Assembly: GCA_030704615.1 (NCBI GenBank)
Contig: CM060734.1
Coordinates: forward strand, 29,822,001 to 29,886,000
DNA from: Takakia lepidozioides
Taxonomy: Eukaryota > Plantae > Bryophyta
Length of the DNA: 64,000 bases
Reading direction: 5' to 3'
Both the position numbers and the translations under genes were made by a program. Under the pieces are notes generated by a model, which saw only the letters and a program-made list of their open reading frames with translations, searched no databases and had not been told where the DNA came from. Numbering within the stretch: the first letter of the stretch is position 1; each line of letters starts with the position of its first letter. Positions 48,621 through 61,016 of this stretch are shown one piece after another.

Positions 48621-51600
48621 TTACTCACATGAAAAGTCGTTGTCGACCTGCTTATCTTCGGGATCGTCATCATTTCGAATTTGAATCCGATCAGTCTGTG
48701 TGCCTGAAGTGGAGCCAGACAAAAGGGGGAGGAGCACTGTGTTGTAGAGGTCAGAATCACCCTCCATGCCAAAAAGGCTTCTTCCGCCTGCCTTGCATGC
48801 ATGGTAAGTTGCTCCTGCACCAGACAGGAGAACATGAACAGTTTGGAGGGGGGATTTAAGCAGATGAAACTGTTGAAAGGAAACCAATTCGGAAGGGAAA
48901 AAACAAACCTGTGGACACAGAAAGATCGACCACCCGTGCAGAGCGGTGGTTGCATGACTCCAGCAGTATTTGCATGAACGCTGGTGACTTTTCCTTTGCA
49001 CCTCTCCAGGGAGTGCCATCTGGTCTCTTCAGAGTCTGACTGGACTGCATGAAGTTGTACAAAATGTCATCGACATGGGGCTCATAGGGGGGGTTGACGA
49101 AACAACCCTGGTCAGAAATCTCAAAGCTGCGGATGGAGGATGGTGTCTTTGAGGTGCGAATCCTCCGCAGGCAGATCGCCTCAAACATCCTCGTCTGCCA
49201 AAGATAGCAGGTTAGTGTGGTAAACACAATCTATAGTGGAAGTGTGTACATCGGCTATTCAGAACTCAGACACCAAAAAATCATGAATCGGTGATGATCG
49301 GTGTCGATCATAACACATTCTACTAGAGTGGAGCTGCAGAGAAAATTGAAACTCATGATCAAAGCACAAGCAGAAGGGAGACGGCATACCAGCTGACCAG
49401 GGAAACCCCCTGTCACAAAATAGAGGCTGTTCACACAATTCCATGTGCGCAAAACTTCAAACCCTGAAAGACTTGAGGTATGATGCCAATGCCCGACGAC
49501 TATCATTGTCACATGACTAAAAAAGCAGAAGTGTCCCTGCATCAGAGAGGAAGTTGTTACAGAACCCGAACACCCAACTCCAGTAGTTGTCCTCGAATTT
49601 GTTCCAGCCTGGCGTCTTGCCCTTTGGAAGAACTTCTGGCACAGCTTGGCCATCCGGGATGTCGAGAATGACAATGTCGGCCGCATAAGTTTTCTGCACA
49701 CCGCACACAAAGGTGGGACCTGTGCTCACCTGCAACAGACATCTTTTTTATAAGAACGATGGCAAGATTGTTTTCAAAGAACGAGACTGAGATACTGCCA
49801 ACGAAACTTTCAGAGAAAAAGGAAAGAAACTGGAATTCTCACCAGATTGAGGAATGAGATTATATTGTCCCAGGTAGGGGATGGCACCCCAGTGTATCCT
49901 CTCTTTCGACTCTGCATCATCGAAAGCCAACCCTCATTAACAATTTTCATCTTTCCTGCTGAATCAGAACGGGAAGGGTGTGGCTTGGCATCGAACACGC
50001 ACTGAAGAGTGCGGGTATATCTTCCAGCAGTAAAGTCCTGCCCACTCTCCATCTCCTTTTCATTCTCCTTCCCCTTGTCCTTTTCCTTCTCTTTGGACTT
50101 GTCTTTGTCCTTTGGCTTTGCTGGTGAAATGGCTATGACATCAACAGCCTTGTCTTTTGGTTTGCGGCCCGCCTTCTTTCCCTTCTGCGGCGTTCCCTGA
50201 GCATCAGGCTCCTTGGCAGCCAATGTTGCTATGTTTCGTTGATACTCTTCGTTAGTCAAAGGCGCCAGCATCTCAGCGTTATTGTTCAAGTATTTCATAT
50301 GCTGTTCTTGAAAGGTCATGTGCTCAGGTGGGCAGTCAAGGTACCACCCACAGTCTCTGAAGTGAGAAGGACTCCAGTCCTTCAATATCCCTGCAGTATA
50401 CATGGTTGGATCGTTTGCAGGGTCCGACCACATGTCAAGATAGTCGGGAATTCCGCTCAGGTGATTTCCTTCCATAAGCACATATTTCGTGTACCTGAAA
50501 AAAGGAGATAAATCCCAACCCACAAAAGCGCTCAATGAGTAAGATGCAAGTAGAACAGAATGAAAAAAACATAGATTGAAATGGCTCTGAGAACTGCTCC
50601 AAGGACCTTTCAGGACCACACTACTGCTCCAGATATGAATGTTGTCAACGCCATTCAGAACATTCCATTCAATGATACTGTAAATACACCCTAATCCAGG
50701 TGAATGCAAATTATCGTTTAGGAATGACACAGACATAGAAGTGAACGTCGTCAACGACATTCACTAATGAAGCCAAATTACTACTTAAATGAAGCAAAAT
50801 CACAGGATGGAAATCAAAAAATCGAGTAAGGAACCCTCCAGCAAAACTCAATGCACATTCATAACGAACATATCACTAAGGACCTCACAACATCACTGTA
50901 TGTGAATGGCGTCAACGCCATTCAGAAAAATACCAAAAAGAAACCAATTACTTAGCTCCCAATCCATGTAAATTCAATTTGTCGCTGTTAAATAATACAG
51001 ACACAGCAGTGAATGTCGTCAACGACATTCACTTTGGATTTCTCATAACAGAGCTTATCAAGCCTCCAGATTCCTCGCTAGAGGCAAAAACAATGCAGAA
51101 CAACTGAATGTCTGCATTGACATTCAGCAAAATGAAGTGAGGAACCCTCATTGTAACCTCTATGGACATTACAAAAATTTACATAACTCTGAGGACCTCT
51201 CAACAACTCCGTATGTGAATGTCGTCAACGCCATTCAAGGACATTATCAATTCTAATCAGGGACAATATAATTGCACCCTTAGATCCTAACCAGGTGAAT
51301 TCATATACTCGCTTAAGAATGACTCAGACAAAGAAGTGAATGTCGTCAACGACATTCAATCTGGATCTAAGATTGCAATCCATATGAAGCCACATTTTTT
51401 CCCAAAAAAAACAGTAGAGTTTCAAGTATGACATTGCACCTGTACACAACTCGCATCATGGCCCACTCTCCTCCAACCTGACTGTCAAAGTCGTTGGACC
51501 ATAAAATGTTACCATCTTTGGAGAACTCCCGGAAAAAACAGTAATATTCGGATTTTCCCTTCTCAGCTGCCTCTGCCAGTTCTTGCTGCATTGATTCAAG

Positions 51601-53497
51601 TAGTGATTAGCTCCGAAGGGACTACAAACATGTATTCGAAAAGTAAACAGAGTACAGACTCGGGCTTACTGCATACATGTACTCCAGAAACGCCTCTCGT
51701 GTCAAAGAATACCAAGTGCCTGCAGCTCTTCCTGTTTCGCACTTCTTGATGATATTGGGTGGTAGTACTGTCCGAAAATCATCCAGCTTCATCAGACCAA
51801 TCCTCTGAATTCGGAATAGTGTGTGAACCAAGCTTGTTGTCACATGCGATTTCTCTGTCGATCTGCAAAAACATTGGAAACATTGCATTCCTTAACACTG
51901 TTTTTTGAGGATTAATAAGACACTACAGACGGAATGAAATCTCCTGGATGACTTACTTGTTCACATCATGCATAGCTGTAAGAAGCCTAGCGATGTCGTT
52001 TCCAGGATCCAAAACCATTGCCTCCACAGCAACATGCTTGTCTTTGTCTTTCGAATGGTGTTTCTGAATGTATCCCATCCATGCCAGCAATCGGTGGTTG
52101 CCGTCCCAGACGTAGAACATGTGGTTGCAGAATTGCTGGGTGTTCTTTCCCATCATGAGGCCCAGCTCGAACTCCTCATTGGCATCTTTCCAGCACTCAT
52201 CCCAGTTATCACTGATCTCTGGAGACACTAATGTGCTTTTTCCCATTTATATCCGTCAGTGACACATAAAAAACTTGTGCACCAAGTCTATATCCATGCA
52301 CAAAATCACTCTCCAATTTTGTTATGTCATGGGAAAGAGGTGGACGCACAACAGGCATTGATATCATCCGGCACAGAGGTATGTCCAGACGCCCTCCAGA
52401 TACGAGCATGTCCCTTATAACCTCCTGAGAGTTTACCTTCTGGAATGACATGAGTTCTTTCACCTTGTCAAGGTAGTGCACTTCGGATTCATCTGCTTCA
52501 TCTGTATTCTCTGAGCTTTTTGCGGACTCGTCCCCATCTCCAGATCCTTTCCCCTCTGATCCTGTAGGCTTCGACCTCACAGTTTTCTGCACGATGCCAT
52601 TCAGTTCTGACTGAGTGATTTGCAAATAGTGAATGGCGGTAACGACCATCACTCTGTCTCAAGGAAACTCACCATGAATGGTGTGAAAGAATTCAGCACA
52701 ATCTACACAAGCAAAGCTGAGACTGCCGTATTCAAAACAAAAGCGAGAGCGATAGCGAACGGCGTTAACGACAATCACAAAAGATAACGACCTACCGGAT
52801 CGGTGTTGTGTAATGACATACATGTGCAACTGATTGGCGGCAACGACATTCAGTGTAGTTTAGGGCGGATAGTAAGTGCAGACTCTCTCTTCAAACACAT
52901 AGGTACATAAATCTCATGAGGAGAATCGAATGGCGTTAACGACGCTCGCAATTCAGTAGTTCCTGCTAAAGAAGGGAAGAGGAAGGACTCCTTGAAAGGC
53001 AATCAGACAGACTGTATGATCTGAACACCAGTGAATGACTGTACCGATAGTCACCAACTCATTGTGTTGTAAACCCTTCGCAGAGAAGTAGAAAGCAAAT
53101 CACCTTTGTGATGGTCGGTAGCGACAATCCCTGTCTGGGACATTCCACTCAATCTCTACGCATATCTTCAACAATGAAATGTAAGTTAGATAAAAGTTAC
53201 TGGCACCTTCTTAGGTTTTGAAATTTGATCCCCTTCTGCAGCTTTCCTCTTCCCTCTCACATCTGCTGGAATTTCTGTCTGCGCTAGGGTTTCTTGACCT
53301 TCTCCCGGTTCGGCGTTCCGCGTGCTTCCACCTCCTTCAGTGTCCCTGCGAATCATCTCTGCCTCCACAGGTTGGCGCACTCTTATCGCCGACTGTGTCA
53401 CAGCCGCTACCTCAGTCTCCGTCTGCTCTTGTAAATCAGTCTCCGCGTTCACCTGCTGCCTTGGCCCTGTGTTCTCCAACAAACGACGCCTCGTCAT
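48621..53497 (-). pseudogene. Second copy of the ParB-like / amino-methyltransferase-like gene
   Basis: ORFs 53186-53497, 52209-52652, 51953-52246 (DGNHR), 51622-51888, 49810-50760, 49517-49735 (ADIVILDIPDG), 48856-49227 (VVDLSVSTG), 48621-49019 (GRSLFGMEGD). Confidence 0.75.
50635..51359. repeat. Seven-palindrome array in MULE copy 2
   Basis: Same seven units as 22594-23316, in the same order. Confidence 0.9.
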
Positions 53498-53878
53498 TTT
53501 CTCTCTTGCTCTGCGTCTCTCTCTAAGGGAAGTAAAATAAAGAGACTTTCTTCTCTTTCGTATTCTAGAACCCTCTCCAGCTTGACTACCACTCTCCCTC
53601 TAAGCGCGAAAAGTAGAAAAACGCAGCGACTCCCGATTTCTTGCCTACCACTCTCCCTCTAAGCGCGAAAAGTAGAAAAACGCAGCGACTCCCGATTTCT
53701 TGCGGGATTGCCTGCGTTCTTGCGTGTCTCTAGAAGCATCAGATTCCCTCCCGCGTGACCGTTACACATAGTCGTTCCCTTATTAGTGCACATGCCAGCA
53801 ATTGGTGTACAGCTGTTTGTATTCAGTTATGGATGTCTGACGTGTGTCGCCCAAAAAAAACGGCGTGTTCTTTATTAG

Positions 53879-54926
53879 GAAAGGACCTTATGTCCTACAG
53901 AAGATGTATGATAATAACACCGCCATGTTACAAACCATTAACAAAGAGATGCTAGGAAGAGTCAATGCCAATAAGTTGAAGGGATATAGTGGTATCCATG
54001 ACAAACCATTGCAGCATGATTTGCATGTTGAAACACAGAAACAGTCACGGGCTGCACCGGTAATACCAACGGAGCATGAAGCACTTGTTGTAAAGCCGAA
54101 TGTGTATGGCCTGGGCGGAGAGCACAGGTGTTCACACAGTTACCACAGCCCATCACAGTATCACACAACCTGTCACAGCCCATCACAGCATCACACAGCC
54201 TATCACAGTTTACCACAGTTGGACACAGCCTGTCACAGCCCAACACAGCTTACACAGGTTGCACAGTCCATAGGGTCAGTGACAGGTGGACGCGGGTTAA
54301 CGTCAGAAAAGTGGCTGGCAAGTGAAAGAGCAGCTTGGAAGTCAAACTCGGAGAATGTGCCACGCGGACAGGGGAAGTCGGAGGCAGGTCTAGAAACAAA
54401 CACGTGGTCACTAGGGCGAAGTACACTGCAGTGCATATATTGCAAAAGCGGGTGTCATCATGCAAGAAGACAAATTGGGCCGTCAAAGTACCTACCCGGT
54501 ACATCAACCAAAACTATTTGTGGGCCCATTAATGCATTCAGGGCAAAGGTAACGGAACCCTTTACGAGTACAGAAAAGGGGGTTTTTGCCACATGTGCTG
54601 TCCTAGTGGACATTCCAGGGGGGAATGTCCACTAAGGGGAGTTAAATTAAGAAGTTACCCAAGGAGGCAACAGCCAATCATGAGCGAGAATTACATATAG
54701 GTAGTTTCCTCCAAGAAACAAGAACAAGAAATTAGCAGGGTTATGAGCGCAAGAGTCGGGGTGGCTCCGAATAACCAGCGTCTCGGCAGGAGGGGCAATC
54801 AAAGCTATAGCTTTGTAGCTATGGCGGAAATTACGGATTACACATTAGCTTTACTTCTCATGCAGTGGCGCAAGGACGGACGGGTTGAGAGTACATTCTC
54901 TCTCACTCGATACTTGCAAGCCCCAC
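53879..54926 (+). mobile_element. Internal fragment of an Ogre/Tat-like element, plus orientation
   Basis: About 54140-54926 is the reverse complement of about 59233-60050; interrupted at 54927 by an LTR of the same family. Confidence 0.8.
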
Positions 54927-55829
54927 TGTCGTGCGGCTTTTACTCACCCATCCCTTCGCTATCCGAGGTGGAAACTCCAAGATAGAAGAGTTGGATATCT
55001 CTAAGCACTCGGCCCGCTTAGAACAATCAGTCATGACCTGCAGCTAGTGAATCATGGTTGTGCTTCATATTTGTATTCCTTCCTGCCTTCATGTTATCAA
55101 TTTACCTTACCGTGTATACTGAAGCATCAGATTGCTTCAATATCTACTAAGTTCCAATTAATCATGCATTCATTCCACACCTTCTCTCGTGTCTCTCTAC
55201 ACAGTATGTTTGTATCGATTCAGTGTCGGATTAAGATTAATCATGTATCATGCCTATGCCATGGTGTCTCTATTCTATCCTACTGTATAATTTTACAGCT
55301 TGCATGAACTAAGCCTCATTCAAGTCATCATCTCCTCTTCACTGTTTCCGCTCTCCGTTACATCTCTTCCTCTCCTGAACAAGTCGCCCTCCTCAAGAAG
55401 TGATCCCCTTCCTGTTGCCGCTCTGCCTAATCTACCCGCAAGCTGTTCTAACCACCTAACTAACTAACCGTCACCCTTGAAGTAACACGTTCCCTCTGCA
55501 GATGTTGTTCCCACACAGTCATTCCCTGTCAATGATAATTGTTCCCCATGCACTGTGACAGGCTGTGTCAAGCTGTGCCGAACTGTGACTGGCTGTGTAA
55601 AGCTGTGTCGGGCTGTGTGAAGCTGTGTCGGGCTGTGTAAAGTTGTGTCGAGCTGTGACTGGCTGTGCGAAGCTGTGTCGGGCTGTGATAGACTGTGACG
55701 GGCTGTGTAACCCCCCCTAAAGCCTGCTCCTGCCACCCCTAAGGCTCTTGTTGGTCTCAATCTGCGCAAAAATTAAAGGTACCCCACAGAACCCATAAAA
55801 GCGTCTAAGTCCCAAGCAGCCCTCTAACA
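54927..55829 (-). repeat. 3' LTR of Ogre/Tat-like element
   Basis: TGTTAGAG...CACGACA on the minus strand; preceded by PPT (55832-55850); homologous to 2081-3071. Confidence 0.9.
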
Positions 55830-55909
55830 TTATCCCTCCCCCTCTCAAAAAGCCGTGTCCTCACGGTTTACTGTTTGGGATTAGCAAACCTTTGTGAGCG
55901 AGCACCCTT

Positions 55910-58900
55910 CTATCGGTGAGAGTCTCGTGAAGGACTCCGTGTGCGAGCCCGAGTCCTGTCACTGGCTGATGGAGATGATTGAGCACTACCTGGAAATGTC
56001 TGACCCTCCTTTGGCTGATAACGAGGTAACCTCTCAGGCATAGGAAATCCCCGTCGTTTCTTCTCTGCCATCTGAAGTGCATGGTCCTCTGCCATGTCAA
56101 AAGAGTCCTCTGAAGAAACAGTAGTATCAGAATCCTCGTCCCCCCTTAGGTGTTTTAACGGCCGAACTTTAAGTGAAATCCTGCGTGGCATACATTGTAG
56201 GCCCACCATGTCTGGAAGTTTAAACTGTACAACTTGCTGTAAGCGCTTGCAAGCAAAATTAGTGAACGCCCTGAACTCCTTAGCCGTATAGGTGAGAGGT
56301 GTGCCAATGACTTTGGAACGGTGTAAGTATTTCCAGGCTTCATGTCCCTTAAAGAAAATATCCTCAGGGCTGAATTTATGTGTTGCCAAATTATTCCAAG
56401 CCGAATTAAACCATGAACGAAGTTGGGAATCCTTCTGCATCATAATTTTTGCATCATATAGGTACATATGAGGTGGCATTGAAGGTAAGACCCAATGATC
56501 CCCACTGGAATAACTCAGAAATCGTGATTGTATCTTCTACTGCTCAATGTGATAACGTGCCAGAAAACAAGCAGCATAGTATAATCCACAGCCCATGACA
56601 ATACTAGATACCTCCTTGGTCTTGGTATAGATGTACCCATGTACAACCTGGAAGGCAATTAATTCCTTCAGCATGGTACCTGCCTCAGACCAGTACCTTG
56701 CAAAGTGATGATCCTCAATGGGTCGATTGTTTGGAAGAACCTTAGTCCGAGGTTCCACCGGCAACCAAATGCACATGATCTGGTAGTAATGTGCCAACGA
56801 TTGCGGAGGACTAAATTCCTTTCAAGCCAAATCCAGCACAATGGGAATTTGGTTGAAGGGCATAATCATAGCCCGACTGTACTCCCGTGCAGCAGGAGTC
56901 CTAGGTGGGTTAAAAGCAGCATCCCCCCATACCTCATGTTGTGGTTTGGCTGTAGTAGCAACAGGGTCAGCTACCTGCACAGGCACCTGCTGTGGTATTG
57001 GTACCACTAGCATCTCCTCCACCCCCTGCAAAGAAGACTGAAAAATTAGAGTCCTGGCATGTAAATAAGTAGCCATTAGCTGCTCCTCAGGAACAAAGAC
57101 TTTCTTGTCAATATTTGAACTCAGGTCATCCACTTGAGTCTGCAGGCCTTCCACATCCTCCTATAGCTCCTCTATTCTCCTATAGACATTGTCTATAGTA
57201 GTTGTGGCAATAATCTGCACCTACAATCTGAGCTCATTCATCTCGCCCTGGGTGAGCTTCCTTGGTGCTTTGCCTTCTACCGGCCCTTGTGCTAACCAGA
57301 CCTGCATAAGGTGGTTATCCACCAAGTCCTGTGTGGCACCCCTGAGAGTCTGCTCCTCCGTGAGTCTGTACACATCTAACTGCTGCTGTAAAGCCTCCAT
57401 GAGCTTTGCATGAGGTTCAACCAGACCCACATAGGCAGCAGCCAGATTATTGGCTTCCTTCCAAGCCTTGTTAGCCACACAAAGTTCATCTCTATTGACC
57501 ATGACTGTTTGTTGCAACTCCAGGATGTACCTCTCCTGGTCAGCCTCAACTTGCAACTGGTCCTGCTCGAGACCTGCTTCAATCAAATGTCCCTTAGCCA
57601 ACTGCAAGGCAGCCTTTGTGTCCTCAAACTCTTGCTGTAACTTGAGATTGATCTCCTTATCTACCTTGTTAGCACACTCAGTGGCAATTCGAGTCTCAAA
57701 CTCCTTCCTGAGTTCCTCCCTCAAAGCTGCCAATTGGGTAGATGGAACATGGGATTTCACATAAGTGCCTAACAAATTAAGTGTCATACTTATGGAACTC
57801 ATAAGCATGGCCTGCTGGGGGTCATCATGGTGAACTTGCTGCTGTTCCCCCTGATCTTCCACAATGTGATGCTTCACCAACCATTCAGGCCATTGCCCCA
57901 CCAGATCTTCTTCCTGAACCACCTCATCCTCCATAGGTGTTGCAGTGTCCTTATATTCTACCCCTGGTACCTCCGTCACAGGTGTGGGTATTACATGCAT
58001 AGCAGGGATTTCCCTGGACAAACTCTGCACCTCTAGAACCACTAATTCCCTTACCAAGCCAGAGTTTTCATAGAGAAGGTCACCCTTCTCAATTTTGGCC
58101 ACGACCTGCTCTGTAGTGGGAATGTCCAACCTTTCTCCGTCCAGAGCAATTAGGGGTGGTGTCACAACATGTTCTAACTGTGGAACCTCTAAGACAACTG
58201 AGTCAACTGGCTGTGATGGCTGTGGTACTGAAGTGACTTCTTCTTCCCTCTCCGAAGGCCGTGCTTCCAATAATAACAGCCCTTTGTGCTGTTGTGCCCC
58301 ATCCTGCACAAGAGCTTGGGAAACATCATCTGGCGATTTCCGTGAAGCCAGTGGATCCGCCACTACAGTCATACTCCGCTTCTGTCTCTTAGACTGATGT
58401 TGCCCTGCCAGTCCACCCTCACTATGTGAAGAGCCCTGCTCTTCAATTGCAGTGGTTACTGCCTCAAACACTCCCATCTCCTTACGTTCCCGAGTATCAA
58501 GTATGCAAGAGTCAAGAATGATTTGGGCAATGAATGGACCAGACACAATGATCGGAGACTTAGCAGCAGTGCCCTGTAACCTCTTCATCTCTTCCACCAG
58601 ACCATTATACATTAACTCTGCCCAAGCTACATCCTCTCCCCTCAAAGCTTTCAAGATCTCCTCTGTGAATGACCTGCTCAAATATTGTTGGTTCTGTTTC
58701 ATGGCAAACAAAACGTTCAATATTTGGCCAACTTCTCTGAGCCCTGGGTACTCGGCTTTGGTACAAGCGTAACCTTGAGTCTTAAAGAAACTTCCTTCTT
58801 GGAACAAATTCCTTATCTGCAATCTTGCCCTGTGCTCATCCACATCCACATGACCCGATGGCAAATCAAACAATTGCTGCAAGTACTGGGGAGTAATTTC

Positions 58901-59566
58901 TATATCTACTCCCCTCACCTGGGTAACTCCCGTCCGAGGCTCAAAGTTCTGAAGAAATTGAATCATATACTGCCGATGATGCAAGGACCAGTCCTTGCGT
59001 AGCAGCCCCTCCAATCGCAACTCCCTCAACAGCTGCACTGCCTGCGGTGTAGCAATTGTTTGCTTCTGCAGAATCGTGGTGCTCTTCACCCTGATATCCT
59101 CCATTCCCCTAACTCTCTTCATTCTAGACAAACAAAAAGGCCTTGTTTGAAACAGCTGAAGGAAAGCTTGCAGGGCACAAAGCATACAGGTATGGTTGGC
59201 ACAGAATGGAACAGGTAAGTGCGTGTAAGCTTGTGGGGCTTGCAAGTATCGAGTGAGAGAAAATGTACTCTCAATTCGTCCGTCCTTGCGCCACTGCGTG
59301 AGGAGTAAAGCGAGCGTGTAATCCGTTACATCCGCCATAGCTACAAAGCTAGTGCTTTGATTGCCCCTCCCGTCGAGACACTGGCTATTCGGAGCCACCC
59401 CGACTCTTCCGCTCATAACACTTCCAATTTCTTGTTCTTGTTTCTTGGAGGGAACCACCTGCATGAAATTCTCACTCCTGATTGGCTGTTGCCTGCTTAG
59501 GTAACTTCTTAAATCCACCCCCCTCCGTGGACATTCCCACCTGGAATGTCCAGTAGGATAGCACAT
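55910..59566 (-). pseudogene. Long extra 3' ORF of the Ogre/Tat-like element (plant-transposon-type domain plus coiled coil), broken by point stops
   Basis: ORFs 57221-59566, 56822-57154, 56537-56797 and 55910-56479 share one frame; VRGVDIEITPQYLQQLFDLP...VAWAELMY resembles Ty3 extra-ORF domains. Confidence 0.7.
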
Positions 59567-60088
59567 GTGGCATAAGTCCCTCTTTTCTGTACTCAGAAAG
59601 GGTTCTGTTACCCCTGCCTTGAATGCATTAATGGGCCCACAAATAGTTTTAGCTGATGTACCGGGAAGGTACTTTGACGGCCCGATTTGTCCTCTTGCAT
59701 GATGAGACCCACTCTTGCAATCGATGCACTGCGGTGTGCTTCACCTTAGTGGCCACGTCTCCGTTTTTAGACATGCCCCAGATTTCCCCTCTCCGCGTGG
59801 CATATTCTCCGAGTTTGACTTCCAAACTTCTTCTTCACCTGACGGCCACTTTTCTGACGTTAACCCGCTTTCACCTGTCACTGACCCAATGGACTGTGTA
59901 ACCCGCATGGGCTGTGTTGGGCTGTGACAGGCTGTGTCTAATTGTGGTGAACTATGATAGGCTGTGTGACATTGTGATGGGCTATAATAAGTTGTGTCAC
60001 GTTGTGATGGGCTGTGATAGGCTGTGTCACGCTGTGATGGGCTGTGATCAGCTGCGTCATGCTGTGATGGGCTGTGATAGGCTGTGTC

Positions 60089-60978
60089 TGTCACGCGGCT
60101 TTTACTCACCCATCCCTTCGCTATTCGAGGCGGAAACTCCAAGATAGAAGAGTTGGAAATCTCTAAGTACTCAGCCCGCGCAGAACAATCAGTCATGACC
60201 TACAGCTAGTGTATCATGGGGGTGTTTCCTATTTGTTTCCCTTTTGGTATTCATGTTAGCTATCTTACCATTGATAATTAAGTATCAGTTTGCTTTATCA
60301 ATCTATTGGATTCCATCAACTCATCCATTCATTTCACAGCTTCACTCAGATCTCTCTACACAGTGTGATTGTATCGTAAAAGTATCCGATTATGATTTAT
60401 CAGGTATCAGGCCGAAGCCATTGTGTCTCTAATCTGCTCTACAATATCATTACAGCCTTGCATATATCAAGCATCTACTCATCATCTCTCTATCTTCACT
60501 TCCGTTCTTCATCTCTGCCCGATCCCCTCTCCTCCATGACCAAGAAGTCCTCCTCCGAATGATATCCCTCAATTCCCCGTTTTTCCCTTTATCTTCCTAT
60601 CCGTGGTTCTAACCGTTTCCCTCACTAACCGTCGTCTGTGAACTAACATGTTCCCTTCGCAGGTGTTGTTCCCCACAGTCGTTCCCTGTCCTACTCTTCG
60701 TTCCCTATGATCGTGACAGCTGTGTCAAGCTGTGACTGGCTGTGCGACTGTGTTTGGCTGTGTCGGGCTGTGACTGGCTGTGTCGGCTGTGACGGCTGTG
60801 TCGGCTGTGACGACTGTGTCTGCTGTGACGACTGTGACGACTGTGATGGGCTGTGTAACCCCCCTCTACAGTGCGCTGCTGTCACCCCTAAGGCTCCTGT
60901 TGGTCTCAGTCTGTGCAAAAATTAAGGGTACCCTACAGATCCCGTATAAGTGTCTAAGTCCCCGACAGTCCTCTAACA
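60089..60978 (-). repeat. 3' LTR of another Ogre/Tat-like copy, inserted in the GGCTGTGA tract of the previous one
   Basis: TG...CA termini; PPT TTTTTGAGGGGGGAAGGGGT at 61000-60981; very similar to 2081-3071. Confidence 0.92.
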
Positions 60979-61016
60979 TTACCCCTTCCCCCCTCAAAAA
61001 GCCGTGTCCTCACGGT

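Larger units (their letters stand above)
47593..53878 (+). mobile_element. MULE copy 2, left 6.3 kb only (transposase half absent)
   Basis: Starts with the same CAGGGATGCCTCGGCGTGAGC end; colinear with 19540-26501; deletions near 51541 and 52883; tandem duplication of about 59 bp near 53588-53705. Confidence 0.93.

Noticed and set aside
49084-49095. NPPY as the true catalytic motif IV
   Set aside because: Copy 1 has KPPY, and the position corresponds to the variable region before motifs X and I. DIPD occupies the expected place after a beta strand. Structure modelling could revisit this.
2081-60978. LTRs at 2081 and 60089 as the two ends of one giant element
   Set aside because: The PBS and PPT face outward: the left one is a 5' LTR of an element going left, the right one a 3' LTR of an element lying to the right.
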